DNA of 64,000 bases from Chrysemys picta bellii (Eukaryota). Each line of letters begins with the position of its first letter. The first letter of the stretch is position 1. A model generated the notes under the pieces. The model searched no databases. It saw only the letters and a list, made by a program, of their open reading frames with translations, and was not told where the DNA came from. A program made the position numbers and the translations under genes. Shown one piece after another: positions 57,935 to 64,000 of this stretch. The stretch covers positions 11,718,001 through 11,782,000 of the forward strand of contig NC_088803.1 of assembly GCF_011386835.1 (NCBI RefSeq). Direction: 5' to 3'.

Positions 57935-60900
57935 CCTTTGAAAATGTTCCCCCAAAGTCACTGCGGCAAATTCTTCCTTCACTTCACCAAGTGCAAATCT
58001 CCTTTAGGCTCCTTCCAAAATCCCAGTCTGTGTTGGCTGGCATTTCTGTATTCTAGATGTGGCCGAAAATGAGAGAAAATGTCTCAAGGGAAAGTATCAC
58101 CCCCACAAAGTTCATTGTTTCTGTGTAAAAAATCAGGACTTCCTGGAATGTGCCTTTCAGACAGACAGACTCACAGACAGACCAATAGAAAATCAGACAG
58201 ACACAAAGGGAGACCAATAGAAAAACACATAAGCCAATAGGTAGATTGACCAATAGACTAATGGGTAGATGGATACATTTCACTAAATTGTTTCAATTTT
58301 ATCCTCTTTCAAATTCCTTTAACCATCCCATCTTCTTTCCTGCTACATTAAGCATGCACAGTGATTGATTGTTGGTAATACTAAGAAATGGATTGACTAC
58401 ACTATGTTCTAATTGGAACACTGCATAGACTTGCAGGGGACACAGATCAGCAAAACTACTTTGAAGTAGATGGAGCTACATTGATTTGCACGATGAGTAT
58501 TTTCCCTCTTCTCGGTGAATGCGAAAGAATAATACTGAGATCCTGCAAAAAAAACAAACTTTCCTTTCAACACGACAGGTGGAATTTTAATGCACCTGAG
58601 GGCTTTATACTAAAATGTCAGTGAACATGGGCATGCTGTTTCACTTCTTTTTGCCTTTGTGTCTCCACCTATAAAAAGGGATGATGACTTTTACTTATCC
58701 CTCAGCACAGTGTGGGGCTAATTTCGTTAATGTTTATAGTACCCTTTGAGTTTCTGAGATGACTGTTCCTATGGAAATTCAAAGTGACATTCTTATAATT
58801 GAATCAAAGATGTTCCCAAATAACTGTTGATCATTCAAATTCAAATAGAATTGATTATGGTTTAATAATATATGGACCAAAGCCCATTTTGATTTTGGGG
58901 AGCGGTTAAAGAAAAGGCTAATAGAAAACCTGAGAGAGTACAAAAGAGAGGTAAAAAGTCTGATTCTTTTTTGTTTGGGAAGGGAATTAAAAGATCTAAA
59001 CTATGAAGAAATTTCCAAGTACCTGCACTATGCGACTGCAGGATTGTAAGGAAATGTGACAACTGTGTATAGAGAAGGAGAGGGAAACTAAAAAAAAGCA
59101 GAGTTGGTTAAAAATTTTCAGAGGAATTTTTTTCCTAAGAAAATGCTGATTAAAGAAAATCTAAATATTTAGCTTTCATGTTCTCATTTTGTCTTAATTG
59201 TCTATGGGAAATTGATCAGGTTGAAATGTTTTGTTTCAGGTGTATCATTTAAACAATAATATAATCAAAACAATAAAGTCAACATGAAATGTTAAACCTT
59301 GTTTAACGCCCCTCCCCCCCCCAACATATTCACCTTATAGAAATGCAATATTTCCGAATATTTTGTTTCACAAAAAAGCCCTGAGATTTTGACTTTTTGG
59401 TCTGATCTGGGATTAAACCAAATTTTGAACTGTATGATCTTCTGGGACAGAAATTCCATATTTTGACCACCTCTGAGAAATGTATGAGGCATTGTTCCTA
59501 TTCTTATTTGTAATTATAATAATGATAAATAACTAGGCAGTAATTTGAGCCCTTACTGATTAGATTTTGACTTGTTCCATGAACAGTTTCACAGATACCA
59601 ATGTGACTATTTACAAAACAAGATCCCGTTCAATGTGAAGGTGTCACTATGTGTCCCCTACCATTTATATAGCACCTTCCAGCAGAGGACCTCTGAACAA
59701 CTAACATCAGTTATGTCAGCTTCACAATTTCAGGCTGAGGTAGGTTGGACTTTTGCAGATGGAGAGACTGAGACACAGAGAAGCAAGAAGTGATTCTCTT
59801 CTAAGGTCACACAATTAGTTTGTGGCAGGGGCAGGAAGAGATTCTAGTCTCATAAGTTTCCCTGGTTTAAGCACAGAATTGCCCCTGAATATACCCTATA
59901 AATATGAGATTATACAGCTCTGCAGAAACCCAATGATATGACTGATCAAACTACATAGATGGGGGCCATGTCTATAGAGAGAGACAGACAAACTGTTCAT
60001 ATCATGCACCCACCTCCACAACCATCAATCCAGTCCCATTTGCTGGTTCTCAAGAGGCTCTGTTTTTAAGACACCTGCAAAGGCTGCATGAGTACAGAGA
60101 CTGTAGAGACCACAGCCTGGATTTCGGGAATAGAACATCTATCAGATGTCACATAAAGCCAAGGGCTATGATCTAGCAAACTGCCACATGAGGAGTCTCA
60201 TTCATGTGTGCATTTGAAAAAAAATGATTTCTGGATAAATGTATGAGAAAGCAGACAATCCAATCAAGTTGCTAAACACCTCTAAAGTTAAAGAATTAGG
60301 AAGTTCGGTGTTTATGATATGATCAGTCAAAATTAAAATGTAATTGGCAATGACCTAATTCAGTGTCCAAAATCTCCAGAAATCACTGTTGGCTTAGTGA
60401 AACAGGGAACTGAAAAAAATAAACTAAATACAAGGAGAAAAAAATACTTCACCATTAGTGTTAATTCTACACACTCTCTTTCTACAAATAAAGTAATAAA
60501 ACGTAATACAAACTCCTAGTTGCTTTAAGTTAATTATCAGGTACTGGTATATCTCTTTGCAATTGCCACATTCTGCCTACAGAACTATCTCTGTCTCATT
60601 TTCTTGAGTTGTATGTTCTGGTTTGCATTGCTTGTGGGACATGTTTTATTTATTTATTTATATTTATTTGAAATGCATTAATGCCTAGGAGCCCCGAGCA
60701 TGGATCAGGACTCCATTATGTTATACTCTTGACAAACCCTGAACTAAAAAAGACAGCCCTTGCCCCAAAGAACTTGCAGTCTAATTACATCATTTCCCAA
60801 TCTGTATACCTGTTGGAAGATTTTACATTACTATACAGAGCCCTGGGGATGGCTAATGTCAAGAACTTCCAAAGATGGGCATCTATTTAATTGCAGTTTT

Positions 60901-61539
60901 AAATTTCTTTAGGAAAGCAAGAAAAATAAATACTAAAGGGACCAATCCCCAGCAGGTGAAATTTCTTTCTTTGAAATGACGCCACTTGAGAATCTCCCCC
61001 AGGTTTCTATACAGAGACAGTTCAAGTCAAGGGAGCAAAAGCAACATGCCCTCAGATATGTTTTCAGTCCATACAATAGTGAACGCCAACCAGAATGTAG
61101 CTAGATCCAAAATAATTTCCTCCTACCTCCAGGTTTCTTTGCTCAGCTCTCTGCAGAATGAATGTGCTGATATCTATGGTCTATTTCAGTCCCCTTATAT
61201 GACCTTTGGGGTGTAATTATGCTGCAGCCACTGTGCCCAACACACTGGGGGATTTACACCCATGTATTCCCACTGTGTCTCTTTAATTGGAAGGAAAAAG
61301 TCTGCAGCATAAGGATTTTCAGTGGAAACTTTTGTCTTTTTTTTTGCTTGAGAGTTCCTGGAGTTAATTCTCATTCACATTATAGAGACTTCATGTGGCT
61401 CTGTGAATGTAACTGAGCCTTGGGGTGGATGTCAATGTCATTTATGTCCATTTTCCGGCCCTTTTCATACTGCTAGAATGGTACAAAGCAGCTTCTGTGT
61501 CAATGAGGCTCAGGTCAACTAAGCTGAATTCTACTCTAA

Positions 61540-61778
61540 GGCTTCAGCTACACTAGAAGCTGGGGGAGTGGCGGCAGCACAGTCTAGCTGAATGAAGTAT
61601 GTGCCCTTGAGGTCTGAGTGGCTTTGTACTTGAGGTGACTAGCACATAGCCATTTGCCGCTGCCTGTGCTACTGCGGCTACACTTCTATTTTTAGAACGC
61701 TAACTCAATGACAGCTCAGTACAAATATGTGTACACGAGCTGGGAATCACACCTGTAGCACCAAGCGCAGAGGTAGCC
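61540..61778. mobile_element. Old Harbinger-type MITE, TSD TAA
   Basis: TAA at 61537-61539 and 61779-61781; degenerate TIR ggct..gctacact / agcgcagaggtagcc. Confidence 0.65.
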
Positions 61779-62559
61779 TAAATTACACAGGTGTGAATCT
61801 AGATTAGGGCCTCGTATTGCAAACCCATGAGTGTGATCCAGTGAGAGACACCTGTTGGCTTCACAGGGCTTCAGATCTGGCCTTCAATGGAGGGCTCAAG
61901 TATAAAAGCTATGTGGATAGCTTTTACGTGATAGTGACTATACATAGCGGGAAACATTACACCAGGTAGGTAATTTTCACAGATTCCTGGAGGTGGGGCA
62001 GAGAGAGGAATTTAGCCTATTGGGAGGTTTGAATAATCTTCCTTGCTAAACTTCTCTGCTGTTAAAAGCAGTGCATGGTGGAGACCCACTTCACAGCGAA
62101 GCATCCCAGCCTTATTTCTGCTTTTGGTGGAAATAATTGCTGTGTGTAATATTTCCACGGCAGGGAGAAGTTCAACTCATTTAGGGGCAGCCATCCCCAT
62201 GGGGGACAATGGGACACCATACACAAGCCCTTCAAACTGGATGGGAGATGGGAGTGGGAGGATCACGTTGCATGTTTATACCCAAAGATTTTGAAGTAAG
62301 AAGGGGTCATGAAGTCTTCTCCCCATAAGTACTAGAGAGAAAAAATAAAGATGGCTGTCAAACGATGCTGTACAGGCTTCTGCTGTCTGGTGGACTGCTA
62401 GTAGAATGTATATTATCTGAATAGTTGAAATGTTACATAGTGGAAGGTCATGGCAAAAAAGCCCTCCAGGGAATAAACCTGTCCAAAAAATCAATCAATG
62501 GGTTAACAAAGGTGCTTGTCATTAGCCTAGTTTCACCAATTCTTTACAGGATAGATATA

Positions 62560-63110
62560 TGTCACAGTTTAGGGTAATTGACTCTGTATTCCCCCTCCGT
62601 AGTTCCTTGAGGGCAGCCGCTCCCAACTCCTAGCCATCACATCTCTTGAGCAGATGCTCTCTCTCCCTCCTGACTGGAGTTTTTCCATGCTGCACAGATC
62701 CTTGCCTACCCTATGACATTCCCAGAAAACTGAAACTGGACAGCGTCTGGACTTTGATTTCTCTTTTAAGGCTGTGAACAGCACAATAGCCTGCAGTTAT
62801 AAGTTACCACAAAGTCTTTCTAAGCAAGCACATTTATTCTTAAGATGAAAGCATTGCAGAGAAAACATTTAAAAAACAAAGAATTTACACACATGCTAAA
62901 AACCTTAGCAAAGCTTATCCCACCTCCACCTCAGGCTCTGGTAGGGATGAGTCCTTCAAACCCACAGATGGTTTTTCCCTTTGGTTACATGTTCATAATT
63001 GTCTCAGATTCAGAACCACCATGAATAGTTTATTCTTTTCTTTAGACAGACTTGACTTTTAAACTAAGTGTCATGTAACAGGTGATCAGCAAACAATGGT
63101 CCTTCAGGGT
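62560..63110. mobile_element. LTR-like element starting TGTCAC, cut by the CR1 at 63113
   Basis: Related to 10500-10790; TTTATT (minus-strand AATAAA) at ~62833. Confidence 0.5.
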
Positions 63111-63112
63111 GT

Positions 63113-64000
63113 ACATACATAAGAACATAAGAATGGACCTACTGGGTCAGACCAATGGTCTATCTAGCCCAGTATGCTGTCTTCCTCCAGTGGCCAATGC
63201 CAGGACATTCAGAGGGAATGAGCAAAACAGCAATCATTGAGTGATCTATCCCCTGTCACCCATTCCTAGTTTCTGACAAACAGAGGCTAGGGCCAACATC
63301 CTTACCCATCCTGGCCAATAGACCTTGATGGACCTATCCTCCATGAACTTATCTAGTTCTTTTTTAAATGCTGTTATAGTCTTGGCTGTCACCGTATCCT
63401 CTGGCAAGGAGTTCCACAGGTTGTCTGTGCATTGTGTGAAGAAATACTTCATTTATTATTGTTTAAAACCTGCTGCCTATTAATTCATTTGGTGACCCCT
63501 AGTTCTTTATTATGAGAAAGCATAAATAACACTTCCTTATTTTCTTTCTCAACACCAGTCATGATTTAATAGACCTCTATCATATCCCTCCTTAGTCATC
63601 TCTTTTCCAAGCTGAGAAATCCCAGTCTTATTAATCTCTCCGCCTACGGAAACTGTTCCATACTCCTAAACTTTTTTCTTTTCCTTTTCTGTAGTCTTTC
63701 CAATTCCAATATATCTTTTTAATATGCGGTGACCACATCTGCATGCAGCATTCAAGATGTGGGCCTACCATGGATTTATATAGCGGCAATATGATATTTT
63801 CTGTCTTTTCATCTATCACTTTCATAAATGTTCCCAACTTTCTTTTAGCTTTTTTGACTGCTGCTGCATATTGAGTGGATATTTTATGAAAGCTATCCAC
63901 AATGACTCTGAGATCTGGAGTAGCAACAGCTAATTTGTACTTGATCATTTTACATGTATACTTGGTATTCTGTTTTCCAATGTGCATTACTTTGTATTTG
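63113..64000 (-). mobile_element. CR1 LINE of a third subfamily, running off the right edge
   Basis: (CATAAGAA)n antisense tail. ORF 63631-63987 gives MHIGK...AAAVKKA...IILPLYKSMVGPHLECCMQMWSP. Confidence 0.93.

Larger units (their letters stand above)
47390..60980. repeat. Old tandem duplication (~47390-53750 vs ~54600-60980) carrying the two OR10-like genes
   Basis: Collinear blocks 47400-47850/54650-55070, 48900-49440/58060-58740 and 51480-53720/58760-60970; roughly 75% identity by eye. Confidence 0.8.

Noticed and set aside
60980-61400. Possible further OR fragment
   Set aside because: No convincing OR motif in any frame I translated.

Overview
Vertebrate nuclear DNA, very probably turtle (inferred from CR1 LINEs with octamer tails, a tRNA-head/CR1-tail SINE, Penelope-like elements and Harbinger-type MITEs). 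The window is part of an olfactory receptor (OR) gene cluster: one OR14-like CDS running off the left edge (1-531, minus strand, missed by the ORF track), four full-length plus-strand class II ORs (15407, 23640, 32162, 41966), a minus-strand OR10-like pair (one multiply disabled, one disabled by a single 1-bp deletion) and five OR pseudogene fragments. The rest is mostly transposon-derived (CR1, solo LTRs, hAT and Harbinger-type MITEs, Penelope-like elements, SINE/MIR, microsatellites). I found no unknown multi-gene system; the most interesting signals are structural. (1) The 5.4-41.9 kb tandem array is not four equivalent copies: units B and C are chimeras of two old paralogous units (A and D) with two different, mappable crossover points. 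(2) The last five codons, stop codon and 3' UTR of the three young OR copies come from an antisense CR1 3' tail. (3) The fourth OR is fused behind the 5' flank and first 14 codons of a deleted OR paralog. (4) Two of the three near-identical OR copies carry hits in the most conserved OR motifs (DRY to DGY; YSLRN to YSPRN). (5) A Penelope-like element carries a minimal type I hammerhead ribozyme motif, an uninterrupted ~325-codon RT-thumb/GIY-YIG frame and a 64-bp inverted duplication. All alignments were done by eye; identities are approximate, and family names rest on recalled motifs rather than database searches.
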